A DNA stretch of 64,000 nucleotides, from the sequence record OR995200.1. One strand, 5' to 3'. A program made the position numbers and the translations under genes. The stretch comes from Escherichia phage JY01. This document shows positions 21,852-35,432 of this stretch, piece by piece. Each line of letters starts with the position of its first letter. The stretch's first letter is position 1. A model generated the notes under the pieces. It had not been told where the DNA came from. It saw nothing but the letters and a program-made list of their open reading frames with translations, and did not search any database.

Positions 21852-21859
21852 TATAAATA
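21852..21859 (+). promoter_or_regulatory. late promoter (TATAAATA) for gene 34
   Basis: Exact TATAAATA 35 nt upstream of the gene 34 ATG. Confidence 0.65.
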
Positions 21860-21893
21860 CTTATTATTGAAAACACAATAGGAGCCCGGGAGA

Positions 21894-24800
21894 ATGGCCG
21901 AGATTAAAAGAAAGTTCAGAGCAGAAGACGGTCTGGACGCAGGTGGTGATAAAATAATCAACGTAGCTTTAGCTGATCGTACCGTAGGAACTGACGGTGT
22001 AAACGTTGATTACTTAATTCAAGAAAACACAGTTCAACAATATGATCCAACTCGTGGATATTTAAAAGATTTTGTAATCATTTATGATAACCGCTTTTGG
22101 GCTGCTATAAATGATATTCCAAAACCAGCAGGAGCTTTTAATAGCGTACGATGGAGAGCGTTACGCACTGATGCAAACTGGACAACTGTTTCGTCAGGAC
22201 CTTATCAATTAAAATCAGGCGAATCGATTTCAGTTAACACCGCAGCGGGTAATGACATTACATTTACTTTGCCATCTTCTCCAATTGATGGTGATACTAT
22301 CGTTCTCCAAGATATTGGAGGAAAACCTGGAGTTAACCAGGTTTTAATTACAGCTCCGGTACAAAGCATTGTAAACTTTAGAGGTCAACAAGTACGCTCA
22401 GTACTAATGACTCATCCAAAATCACAGATAGTTTTAATTTTTAGTAATCGTCTGTGGCAAATGTATGTTGCTGATTATAGCAGAGAAGCGGCAGTTGTAA
22501 CACCGGCAAGTCTTTATCAAGCGCAATCAAACGATTTTATCGTGCGTAGATTTACTTCTGCTTCAGCAATTAATATTAAACTTCCAAGATTTGCTAATCA
22601 TGGCGATATTATTAATTTCGTTGATTTGGATAAATTAAATCCACTTTATCACACAATTGTTACCACATACGACGAAACGACTTCAGTACAAGAAGTTGGA
22701 ACTCATTCCATTGAAGGTCGTACATCTATTGATGGTTTCTTGATGTTTGATGATAATGAGAAATTGTGGAGATTGTTTGACGGGGATAGTAAAGCACGTT
22801 TACGCATTATAACGACTAATTCTAATATTCGTCCAAATGAAGAAGTCATGGTATTTGGCGCAAATAATGGAACAACCCAAACAATTGAACTTCAGCTTCC
22901 AACTGATATTTCTATCGGTGATACTGTTAAGATTTCCATGAATTATATGAGAAAAGGACAAACAGTTAAAATCAAAGCTGCCGGTGAAGATAAAATTGCT
23001 TCTTCAGTTCAATTGCTGCAATTTCCAAAACGTTCAGAATACCCACCTGAAACTAAATGGGTGACTGTTCAAGAATTAGTTTTTAATGGCGAAACCAATT
23101 ATGTTCCAGTTTTACAGCTTGCTTATATCGAAGATTCCGATGGAAAATATTGGGTTGTACAGCAAAACGTTCCAACTGTAGAAAGAGTAGACTCTTTAAA
23201 TAATTCTACTAGAGCAAGATTAGGCGTAATTGCTTTAGCTACACAGGCTCAAGCTAATGCTGATCTAGAAAATTCTCCACAAAAAGAATTGGCAATTACT
23301 CCAGAAACGTTAGCTAATCGTACTGCTACAGAAACTCGTAGAGGTATTGCAAGAATAGCAACAACTGCGCAAGTAAACCAGGATACCACATTCTCTTTTG
23401 CTGATGATATTATCATCACTCCTAAAAAGCTGAATGAAAGAACAGCTACTGAAACTCGCAGAGGTGTTGCTGAAATTGCTACGCAGCAAGAAACTAATGC
23501 AGGAACCGATGATACTACAATCATCACTCCTAAAAAGCTTCAAGCCCGCCAGGGTTCTGAGTCATTATCTGGTATTGTAACTTTTGTATCTACTGCAGGT
23601 GCTACTCCAGCTTCTAGCCGTGAATTAAATGGTACGAATGTTTATAATAAAAACACTAATAATTTAGTTGTTTCGCCAAAAGCTTTGGACCAGTATAAAG
23701 CTACGCCTACTCAACAGGGTGCAGTAATTTTAGCAGTTGAAAGTGAAGTAATTGCTGGTCAAAGTCAAGAAGGATGGGCAAATGCTGTTGTAACGCCAGA
23801 AACGTTACACAAAAAGACATCAACTGATGGAAGAATTGGATTAATTGAAATTGCTACGCAAAGTGAAGTTAATACAGGAACTGATTATACTCGTGCAGTC
23901 ACTCCTAAAACTTTAAATGACCGTAGAGCAACTGAAAGTTTAAGTGGTATAGCTGAAATTGCTACACAAGTTGAATTCGACGCAGGCGTCGACGATACTC
24001 GTATCTCTACACCATTAAAAATTAAAACTAGATTTAATAGTACTGATCGTACTTCTGTTGTTGCTCTATCTGGATTAGTTGAATCAGGAACTCTCTGGGA
24101 CCATTATACCCTTAATATTCTTGAAGCAAATGAGACACAACGTGGTACACTTCGTGTAGCTACACAAGTTGAAGCTGCTGCAGGAACATTAGATAATGTT
24201 TTAATAACTCCTAAAAAGCTTTTAGGTACTAAATCTACTGAAGCGCAAGAAGGTGTTATTAAAGTTGCAACACAAACCGAAACTGTTGCTGGAACATCGG
24301 CAAATACTGCTGTATCTCCAAAAAATTTAAAATGGATTGTGCAGAGTGAACCTACTTGGGCAGCTACTACTGCAGTAAGAGGCTTTGTTAAAACTTCATC
24401 TGGTTCAATTACATTCGTTGGTAATGATACAGCCGGTTCTACTCAGGACTTAGAGCTATACGAGAAAAATAGCTATGCAGTATCACCATACGAATTAAAC
24501 CGTGTATTAGCAAATTATTTGCCATTAAAAGCAAAAGCTGCAGATAGTAATTTATTGGATGGTCTAGATTCATCTCAGTTCATTCGTAGGGATATTGCGC
24601 AGACGGTTAATGGTTCACTAACCTTAACTCAACAAACGAATCTGAGTGCCCCTCTTGTATCATCTAGTACTGCTACGTTCGGTGGATCAGTTTCAGCAAA
24701 TAGTACATTAACTATTTCTAATACTGGAACAGCAACTCGATTGATTTTTGAGAAAGGACCTCAAACTGGAACAAACCCAGCCCAAACGATGACTGTTAGA

Positions 24801-25763
24801 GTGTGGGGAAATCAATTTAGTGGGGAATTAGATACAACACGTTCTACCGTATTTGAAGTTAGTGATGAAACATCTAGTCATTTTTATTCTCAGCGCAATA
24901 AAGCCGGAAATATAACATTTAATATCAACGGTACAGTAACACCGATAAATGTTAATGCTTCAGGAACATTGAATGCAAATGGCGTAGCAACATTTGGTAA
25001 TTCAGTCACTGCAACTGGTGAAATTATTTCTCGAAGCGCAAATGCTTTCCGTGCTATTAACGGAAATTACGGTTTCATTGTTCGCAATGATGGATCAGTA
25101 ACGAATTTTATGCTTACTGCATCGGGTGATCAGACTGGTGGATTTAATGGATTACGCCCATTAGCTATTAATAATGCATCTGGCCAAGTAACGATTGGTG
25201 AAAGCTTAATCATTGCCAAAGGTGCTACTATAAATTCAGGTGGTTTGACTGTTAACTCGAGAATTCGTTCTCAAGGTACTAAAACATCTGACTTATATAC
25301 ACGTGCGCCAACATCTGATACTGTAGGATTCTGGTCAATTGATATTAACGATTCAGCTACTTATAACCAGTTCCCAGGTTATTTTAAAATGGTTGAAAAA
25401 ACTAATGAAGTGACTGGTCTTCCATATTTAGAACGTGGCGAAGAAGTTAAATCTCCTGGTACACTGACTCAGTTTGGTAACACACTTGATTCGCTTTACC
25501 AAGATTGGATTACTTATCCAACAACGCCAGAAGCGCGTACCACTCGCTGGACACGTACATGGCAGAAAACCAAAAATTCTTGGTCAAGTTTTGTTCAGGT
25601 ATTTGATGGAGGTAACCCTCCTCAACCGTCTGATATCGGTGCTTTACCATCTGATAATGCTACAATGGGTAATCTTACTATTCGTGATTTCTTACGAATT
25701 GGTAATGTTCGCATTATTCCTGACCCAGTGAATAAAACTGTTAAATTTGAATGGGTTGAATAA
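21894..25763 (+). CDS. 34: gp34 long tail fibre proximal subunit
   Basis: 1289 aa (same as T4 gp34); internal repeats of the ...TATETRRG(I/V)A.IAT... type; TATAAATA late promoter upstream. Confidence 0.95.
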   Translation: MAEIKRKFRAEDGLDAGGDKIINVALADRTVGTDGVNVDYLIQENTVQQYDPTRGYLKDFVIIYDNRFWAAINDIPKPAGAFNSVRWRALRTDANWTTVSSGPYQLKSGESISVNTAAGNDITFTLPSSPIDGDTIVLQDIGGKPGVNQVLITAPVQSIVNFRGQQVRSVLMTHPKSQIVLIFSNRLWQMYVADYSREAAVVTPASLYQAQSNDFIVRRFTSASAINIKLPRFANHGDIINFVDLDKLNPLYHTIVTTYDETTSVQEVGTHSIEGRTSIDGFLMFDDNEKLWRLFDGDSKARLRIITTNSNIRPNEEVMVFGANNGTTQTIELQLPTDISIGDTVKISMNYMRKGQTVKIKAAGEDKIASSVQLLQFPKRSEYPPETKWVTVQELVFNGETNYVPVLQLAYIEDSDGKYWVVQQNVPTVERVDSLNNSTRARLGVIALATQAQANADLENSPQKELAITPETLANRTATETRRGIARIATTAQVNQDTTFSFADDIIITPKKLNERTATETRRGVAEIATQQETNAGTDDTTIITPKKLQARQGSESLSGIVTFVSTAGATPASSRELNGTNVYNKNTNNLVVSPKALDQYKATPTQQGAVILAVESEVIAGQSQEGWANAVVTPETLHKKTSTDGRIGLIEIATQSEVNTGTDYTRAVTPKTLNDRRATESLSGIAEIATQVEFDAGVDDTRISTPLKIKTRFNSTDRTSVVALSGLVESGTLWDHYTLNILEANETQRGTLRVATQVEAAAGTLDNVLITPKKLLGTKSTEAQEGVIKVATQTETVAGTSANTAVSPKNLKWIVQSEPTWAATTAVRGFVKTSSGSITFVGNDTAGSTQDLELYEKNSYAVSPYELNRVLANYLPLKAKAADSNLLDGLDSSQFIRRDIAQTVNGSLTLTQQTNLSAPLVSSSTATFGGSVSANSTLTISNTGTATRLIFEKGPQTGTNPAQTMTVRVWGNQFSGELDTTRSTVFEVSDETSSHFYSQRNKAGNITFNINGTVTPINVNASGTLNANGVATFGNSVTATGEIISRSANAFRAINGNYGFIVRNDGSVTNFMLTASGDQTGGFNGLRPLAINNASGQVTIGESLIIAKGATINSGGLTVNSRIRSQGTKTSDLYTRAPTSDTVGFWSIDINDSATYNQFPGYFKMVEKTNEVTGLPYLERGEEVKSPGTLTQFGNTLDSLYQDWITYPTTPEARTTRWTRTWQKTKNSWSSFVQVFDGGNPPQPSDIGALPSDNATMGNLTIRDFLRIGNVRIIPDPVNKTVKFEWVE

Positions 25764-25771
25764 GAGGTATT

Positions 25772-26887
25772 ATGGAAAAATTTATGGCAGAGTTTGGACA
25801 AGGATATGTCCAAACGCCATTTTTATCGGAAAGCAATTCAGTAAGATATAAAATAAGTATAGCGGGTTCTTGCCCGCTTTCTACCGCAGGACCATACGTT
25901 AAATTTCAAGATAATCCTGTAGGAAGTCAAACATTTAGTGCAGGTCTTCATTTAAGAGTTTTTGACCCTTCTACAGGAGCATTGGTTGATAGTAAGTCAT
26001 ATGTTTTTTCTACTTCAAATGATACAACATCTGCTGCCTTTGTTAGTTTCATGAATTCTTTTTCAAGCAATAGACTTGTTGCCATATTAACTAGCGGAAA
26101 GGTTAATTTTCCTCCTGAAGTAGTATCTTGGTTAAGAACGGCAGGAACATCTGCTTTTCCATCTGATTCTTTATTGTCAAGATTTGACGTATCATATGCT
26201 GCCTTTTACACTTCTTCTAAAAGAGCTATCGCACTAGAGCATGTTAAACTGAGTAACAGAAAAAGCACAGATGACTATCAAACTATATTAGATGTAGTAT
26301 TTGATAGTTTAGAAGATGTTGGAGCGACAGGATTTCCTAAAAGAACATATGAAAGCGTTGAGCAATTTATGTCAGCTGTTGGTGGAACTAATAACGAAAT
26401 TGCCCGTCTACCTACAGCATCTGCAATAAGTAAACTTTCTGACTATAATTTAATTCCTGGAGATGTTCTTTATCTTAAAGCACAACTATATGCTGACGCT
26501 GATTTATTAGCGTTGGGAACTACTAATATTTCAATTCGTTTTTATAATGCGTCGAATGGATATATTTCCTCGACACAAGCTGAGTTTACTGGACAGGCTG
26601 GGTCTTGGGAATTAAAGGAAGACTATGTAGTTGTTCCAGAAAATGCAGTTGGATTTACGATATATGCACAGAGAACTGCACAAGCGGGTCAAGGCGGTAT
26701 GAGAAATTTAAGCTTTTCTGAAGTGTCAAGAAATGGTGGCATTTCAAAACCTGCTGAGTTTGGCGTCAATGGTATTCGAGTTAATTATATCTGTGAATCT
26801 GCTTCACCTCCGGATATAATGGTACTTCCTACGCAAGCATCGTCTAAAACTGGTAAAGTGTTTGGACAGGAATTTAGAGAAGTTTAA
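25772..26887 (+). CDS. 35: gp35 long tail fibre hinge connector
   Basis: 371 aa, immediately after gene 34; hairpin plus T-tract terminator follows. Confidence 0.9.
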   Translation: MEKFMAEFGQGYVQTPFLSESNSVRYKISIAGSCPLSTAGPYVKFQDNPVGSQTFSAGLHLRVFDPSTGALVDSKSYVFSTSNDTTSAAFVSFMNSFSSNRLVAILTSGKVNFPPEVVSWLRTAGTSAFPSDSLLSRFDVSYAAFYTSSKRAIALEHVKLSNRKSTDDYQTILDVVFDSLEDVGATGFPKRTYESVEQFMSAVGGTNNEIARLPTASAISKLSDYNLIPGDVLYLKAQLYADADLLALGTTNISIRFYNASNGYISSTQAEFTGQAGSWELKEDYVVVPENAVGFTIYAQRTAQAGQGGMRNLSFSEVSRNGGISKPAEFGVNGIRVNYICESASPPDIMVLPTQASSKTGKVFGQEFREV

Positions 26888-26891
26888 ATTG

Positions 26892-26918
26892 AGGGAGCCT
26901 TCGGGTTCCCTTTTTCTT
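26892..26918 (+). terminator. intrinsic terminator after gene 35
   Basis: Hairpin GGGAGCC-UUCG-GGUUCCC followed by a T-run. Confidence 0.6.
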
Positions 26919-26926
26919 TATAAATA
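26919..26926 (+). promoter_or_regulatory. late promoter (TATAAATA) for gene 36
   Basis: Exact TATAAATA 24 nt upstream of the gene 36 ATG, just after the gene 35 terminator. Confidence 0.65.
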
Positions 26927-26949
26927 CTATTAAAATAAAGGGGCATACA

Positions 26950-27606
26950 ATGGCTGATTTAAAAGTAGGTTCAACAACTGGAGGCTCTGTCATTTGGCAT
27001 CAAGGAAATTTTCCATTGAATCCAGCCGGTGACGATGTACTCTATAAATCATTTAAAATATATTCAGAATACAATAAACCGCAAGCGGCTGATAACGATT
27101 TCGTTTCTAAAGCTAATGGTGGTACTTATTTAAATAAAGTAATTTTTAATAAAGGAATGACTGTTCCTGGTGCTGGGTCAGGTGACAACGGTATTTTTGC
27201 CGGTCCTGGTGATAATGCCACATATGATACTACAAATATGGATATTGTTTCATGGTATGGTATCGGCTTTAAATCATCACAAGGGGCAGCAGGTAGAACT
27301 GTAGTAATTAACACACGAAACGGAGATATTAGCTCAAAGGGTGTAATTGAAGCATCACAAATACGCGCAACTTCGTTATCACCAGTAAATAATTATGACC
27401 TTACGAGAAAAGATTATGTTGATGGGGCAATAAATATTGTTACAACAAATGCAAACTCTAGAGTATTACGCTCTGGAGACACTATGACAGGAAATTTAAC
27501 TGCGCCAAACCTTTTTTCACAGAATCCTGCATCTCAACCCTCGCATGTTCCGCGATTTGACCAAATCGTAATTAAGGATTCTGTTCAAGATTTCGGCTAT
27601 TATTAA
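26950..27606 (+). CDS. 36: gp36 long tail fibre distal connector
   Basis: 218 aa; TATAAATA late promoter at 26919-26926. Confidence 0.9.
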   Translation: MADLKVGSTTGGSVIWHQGNFPLNPAGDDVLYKSFKIYSEYNKPQAADNDFVSKANGGTYLNKVIFNKGMTVPGAGSGDNGIFAGPGDNATYDTTNMDIVSWYGIGFKSSQGAAGRTVVINTRNGDISSKGVIEASQIRATSLSPVNNYDLTRKDYVDGAINIVTTNANSRVLRSGDTMTGNLTAPNLFSQNPASQPSHVPRFDQIVIKDSVQDFGYY

Positions 27607-27614
27607 GAGGACTT

Positions 27615-31737
<4,123 letters not shown>

Positions 31738-31767
31738 TTTGAATAAATATCCTTAAAAGGAGGGTCT

Positions 31768-32424
31768 ATGTCAGCACCTAGAATATCATTTTCGCCCTCT
31801 GATATTCTATTTGGTGTTCTAGATCGCTTGTTCAAAGATAACGCTACCGGGAAAGTTCTTGCTTCCCGGATAGCTGTCGTAATTCTTTTGTTTATGATGG
31901 CGATTGTTTGGTATAGGGGAGATAGTTTCTTTGAGTACTATAAGCAATCAAAGTATGAAACATACAGTGAAATTATTGAAAAGGAAAGAAATGCACGCTT
32001 TGAATCTGTCGCCCTGGAACAACTCCAGATAGTTCATATATCATCTGAGGCAGACTTTAGTGCGGTGTATTCTTTCCGCCCTAAAAACTTAAACTATTTT
32101 GTTGATATTATAGCATATGAAGGAAAATTACCTTCAACAATAAGTGAAAAATCACTTGGAGGATATCCTGTTGATAAAACTATGGATGAATATGCAGTTC
32201 ATTTAAATGGACGTCATTATTATTCCAACTCAAAATTTGCTTTTTTACCAACTAAAAAGCCTACTCCCGAAATAAACTACATGTACAGTTGTCCATATTT
32301 TAATTTGGATAATATCTATGCTGGAACGATAACCATGTACTGGTATAGAAATGATCATATAAGTAATGACCGCCTTGAATCAATATGTGCTCAGGCGGCC
32401 AGAATATTAGGAAGGGCTAAATAA
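31768..32424 (+). CDS. t: holin T
   Basis: 218 aa; N-terminal TM segment (VVILLFMMAIVWY) and large periplasmic domain; matches T4 T as recalled. Confidence 0.95.
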   Translation: MSAPRISFSPSDILFGVLDRLFKDNATGKVLASRIAVVILLFMMAIVWYRGDSFFEYYKQSKYETYSEIIEKERNARFESVALEQLQIVHISSEADFSAVYSFRPKNLNYFVDIIAYEGKLPSTISEKSLGGYPVDKTMDEYAVHLNGRHYYSNSKFAFLPTKKPTPEINYMYSCPYFNLDNIYAGTITMYWYRNDHISNDRLESICAQAARILGRAK

Positions 32425-32697
32425 TTATTTGTTCGTATACATCTCTAGATATCGATATACACCCTCAAAACCCTCGTTGAATTCGTCGATGAGGGTTTTC
32501 TTATCTTCTTGAGTTAATTCAGAAACAATTTTACGGAATGAATTCTGATTTAATTTTCTACCTTCATGCGTTACTCCAATCTCATTCAGAAATGCAATAA
32601 AATTAGCACGATTTTCAACAATATCTTCTCTGGAAAATTTAATCAAAATAGACGCAACAGTAATAATTTCACGAACTGTATCAATGTTTTTATTCAT
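32425..32697 (-). CDS. asiA: anti-sigma70 factor AsiA
   Basis: 90 aa; sequence as recalled for T4 AsiA. Confidence 0.95.
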   Translation of the reverse strand: MNKNIDTVREIITVASILIKFSREDIVENRANFIAFLNEIGVTHEGRKLNQNSFRKIVSELTQEDKKTLIDEFNEGFEGVYRYLEMYTNK

Positions 32698-32709
32698 TAA
32701 CTATACCAC

Positions 32710-32862
32710 TCAATTAGTTGACTTTGTTATAATATCATCAGACGCTTGATTTGTAAACTGGTCTGTGTTATTTTCTTCAAAAATTTTTTCTACGAATTCC
32801 TTGAACGACTCGCGTTCCTGAGCTGCATTATGCTCGATTACCTTTTCAAGATTATGACTCAT
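32710..32862 (-). CDS. small acidic protein (asiA.1 position)
   Basis: 50-codon ORF missed by the 60-aa track cutoff; ATGA overlap with the upstream gene stop. Confidence 0.35.
   Translation of the reverse strand: MSHNLEKVIEHNAAQERESFKEFVEKIFEENNTDQFTNQASDDIITKSTN
32727..32759 (-). promoter_or_regulatory. early promoter upstream of asiA
   Basis: GTTTAC at 32754-32759 with a TATAAT-containing -10. Confidence 0.5.
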
Positions 32863-33137
32863 TCGAAATAATCTTCAATTTCGTAATCATGGACGTAAAT
32901 CATTATAGTTTTTAATACATCATCAATACTTTTTCCTGGAGCTGGAATTACGTAAAAATATCCTGCTTTTGAGAGGTCTTTATAAGTTCCAACCAAGAAA
33001 TCATTATTCTCGAGATGTAATTCTTCAACTAATTCATTAACAATTGAGTGGTATAAATTTGGTAGAAACTTATACAGCTTTTCTAGAATATCAATTTTGA
33101 TTGTGTATTGAACCACAGACTGAGAATCAATAATCAT
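32859..33137 (-). CDS. arn: Arn-like anti-restriction protein (DNA mimic, McrBC inhibitor)
   Basis: 92 aa, acidic; size and position between asiA and motA as T4 Arn. Confidence 0.6.
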   Translation of the reverse strand: MIIDSQSVVQYTIKIDILEKLYKFLPNLYHSIVNELVEELHLENNDFLVGTYKDLSKAGYFYVIPAPGKSIDDVLKTIMIYVHDYEIEDYFE

Positions 33138-33220
33138 AGACCTTCCCCTTATGTTTCTGTTTGCGATTAGATTCTTTAAACGCTTTCTTCTTATCCTTAT
33201 GAACAGAAGCTTTATTAAAA

Positions 33221-33439
33221 TTATGTTTTGCGACTAAATTGTTCATAATGCTGAATTACCTCTCTTAAACATTTGCATGTGAATGAGAACTTTTTAGCTA
33301 CACCACATTCAAATATATGTTCTCTTAAATCACGTGTATCAGTATATCCCATCTCAACAATAAAATGCCTTATTAGATTTTTATCTTTATCATTGAGAGA
33401 ATTAAAATAATCAGATTTTGAATTAATTTCCCTGGCCAA
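33221..33439 (-). CDS. hypothetical Cys-containing protein (arn.x)
   Basis: 72-aa ORF. Confidence 0.4.
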   Translation of the reverse strand: MAREINSKSDYFNSLNDKDKNLIRHFIVEMGYTDTRDLREHIFECGVAKKFSFTCKCLREVIQHYEQFSRKT

Positions 33440-33719
33440 ATTGAATCACCTTCAGTTGACGTTTTAATTCTTTTATCATTTCTTCGTTCATCGCAATATA
33501 AAGATCGCGTAAAGCAGGTTTTAGCATTCCATTTACCGGAGAACTAAATGGGCATACATAATCTTTTCCTACAAGCTTTTTGGTAAATTCCATATCACAA
33601 AATTTAAATGCTGGCTCATTCGCATAAATTCCCCAATTAGTTGACATCATTTTATTGGCATATTCCAGTGCCTGAATTTGATTCATAATTCCATCGATTT
33701 GAAACTTTTTAATATTCAT
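33423..33719 (-). CDS. hypothetical protein (arn.x)
   Basis: 98-aa ORF. Confidence 0.45.
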   Translation of the reverse strand: MNIKKFQIDGIMNQIQALEYANKMMSTNWGIYANEPAFKFCDMEFTKKLVGKDYVCPFSSPVNGMLKPALRDLYIAMNEEMIKELKRQLKVIQFGQGN

Positions 33720-34180
33720 TAGTAAAGGTCCTCAGAGTAAAGTTCTTTTTCACTACCACCACGTTCAATACGTACTTGTCCAGCGTAAGTTGCAATAATC
33801 ATTGCTTCTTCACGTGTCCAATAATTACTATATTGGTCAATAAACCCTTGGTCATCATCACAAACTTGTTGAGTAACTAATTGAGGTTTAACTACATCTA
33901 AAACTTCGGCCATATCTTTAGAATAATGACGAGCACCTGGAATAATAAGAGTTCGTCCATCTTTTAATTTAAAACGGTTGGCCGCGCAGACAATTCGTCG
34001 TTGATACTTTTGGTTTTCATCCCAATATGCAGTCTGCCAACATATTTCAGGAACTTCTTTTAGAATATCTTCTTCTGTGCATTTATAACCATGCGCTTTA
34101 AATTTTTCAGCAAGACTTTCTGGAGTTTCACGAGATAAAGGAACATTCAGCATTTTTAAACGATTGATAAATGGGTTCAT
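33719..34180 (-). CDS. hypothetical protein (arn.x)
   Basis: 153-aa ORF. Confidence 0.45.
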   Translation of the reverse strand: MNPFINRLKMLNVPLSRETPESLAEKFKAHGYKCTEEDILKEVPEICWQTAYWDENQKYQRRIVCAANRFKLKDGRTLIIPGARHYSKDMAEVLDVVKPQLVTQQVCDDDQGFIDQYSNYWTREEAMIIATYAGQVRIERGGSEKELYSEDLY

Positions 34181-34506
34181 TTAAACCATCCTTTAATACG
34201 TTGCCACAAAGTTTTCTGTTGAGCTTTGTTAACACCAATTGAGCGAATAACTGGTTGAGATTCCTGGAATTCTTTATAATCGGCAAGGTAAATTTCGTAA
34301 GCTGCATCTGTAAAGGAACTTATCGCTGCCATGAAATTATTGCGAATACCTACTGGAGCATCTTTACTTTCACGAATAATCATGTATTTACCAGTCTTAA
34401 TCTTTACAATAGTTCCAAGATAAGCTCCATGGTACCAAATATCCCAACCCTCTTGAGTAGGTTCTGCACAACGACGAAGTTCATTGATAATTTCTAACTT
34501 GTTCAT
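34177..34506 (-). CDS. hypothetical protein (arn.x)
   Basis: 109-aa ORF. Confidence 0.45.
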   Translation of the reverse strand: MNKLEIINELRRCAEPTQEGWDIWYHGAYLGTIVKIKTGKYMIIRESKDAPVGIRNNFMAAISSFTDAAYEIYLADYKEFQESQPVIRSIGVNKAQQKTLWQRIKGWFK

Positions 34507-34516
34507 TATTTATTCC

Positions 34517-35152
34517 TCACAGTTCAGATGCTACAGTGATTACTGCTTCAATGTTTTCTTCCGAGCGTTTAATGTCAAGATACACATTACCGTTTTTAGC
34601 GATTTTACATGACATTCCGATATCAGTAAATTTCTGAATATGATGTTCCATCATTTTGTATCCAAAAATTCGCATATTTCCATTGTTGTTAATTTCAAAA
34701 TTACGAATTCCGTGAGTGCGTTTTTCTAAAATAGCGAGATAGTTACTACGATAAGTTTCGACCTTTTTAAGAACAAATCCATTTTCATCTAAAAGTTTTA
34801 ACATGAGGTCTTTATCTTCTTCCATATCAGAAGTAATCTCACGAGCTTTACGAGTTGCTCGTTTTTTCAGTAGTTCCGGAGCATTTTCCTGTGCGTATAA
34901 AGTTGCTGCATTTGAAATAATATCCTGAGCTTCACCAGTAATGATTAATCCATCACCTGATTTCTCCACCAGGCCTTTTTTAATCAACACCCCAATATTA
35001 CTATTAACTACTGCGTTACCTAAATCTGGATGCACCTCACGAACTTCTGCAGCTGTAATGAAATCTTTCTTAGCAATAGTAATTAAAATCGCAGCAGTTT
35101 TTTCATTCAGAACATCGTTAGAAGCTTTGATGATGTAAGTTACTTTAGACAT
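34517..35152 (-). CDS. motA: MotA middle-transcription activator
   Basis: 211 aa; matches T4 MotA as recalled; early promoter module just upstream. Confidence 0.9.
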   Translation of the reverse strand: MSKVTYIIKASNDVLNEKTAAILITIAKKDFITAAEVREVHPDLGNAVVNSNIGVLIKKGLVEKSGDGLIITGEAQDIISNAATLYAQENAPELLKKRATRKAREITSDMEEDKDLMLKLLDENGFVLKKVETYRSNYLAILEKRTHGIRNFEINNNGNMRIFGYKMMEHHIQKFTDIGMSCKIAKNGNVYLDIKRSEENIEAVITVASEL

Positions 35153-35191
35153 TTTCTAATCTCCGTAATTCTGTATCAGTAGTTGATAGTT

Positions 35192-35223
35192 GTATAGTAC
35201 CACAGTATGCTTTGGTTGTAAAC
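35192..35223 (-). promoter_or_regulatory. early promoter upstream of motA
   Basis: GTTTAC at 35218-35223, -10 TATAGTACC, conserved leader. Confidence 0.55.
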
Positions 35224-35249
35224 CGTTTTGTGAAAAAAATTTTTGAAAT

Positions 35250-35276
35250 AAAAAAAGGGAGAGCCGAGGCTCTCCC
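35250..35276 (-). terminator. intrinsic terminator after gene 52 / motA.1
   Basis: Hairpin GGGAGAGCC-UCG-GCUCUCCC followed by UUUUUUU. Confidence 0.65.
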
Positions 35277-35282
35277 TAAAAA

Positions 35283-35432
35283 TTACTGCATGACTGTGAT
35301 AACTGTCATGATAACACGTTGAATGCCGAACGCAAGAAGACCTCCTGCTACGGCTGGAACAACACCTAAACCCGCCAGTAAAATGCTACCGGATACTAAT
35401 GCAGCGCTTGTAATACCTATGAATGGACTCAT
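35283..35432 (-). CDS. small hydrophobic membrane peptide
   Basis: 49-codon ORF (MSPFIGITSAALVSGSILLAGLG...); ATGA overlap with gene 52 stop; below track cutoff. Confidence 0.4.
   Translation of the reverse strand: MSPFIGITSAALVSGSILLAGLGVVPAVAGGLLAFGIQRVIMTVITVMQ

Noticed and set aside
23249-23543. Minus-strand ORFs inside gene 34 and gene 37 (23249-23543, 28787-29021, 29609-30302) and the proline-rich ORF 31263-31445 inside gene 38
   Set aside because: Antisense to long, well-supported tail-fibre genes; the proline-rich one is simply the complement of the gp38 glycine codon runs
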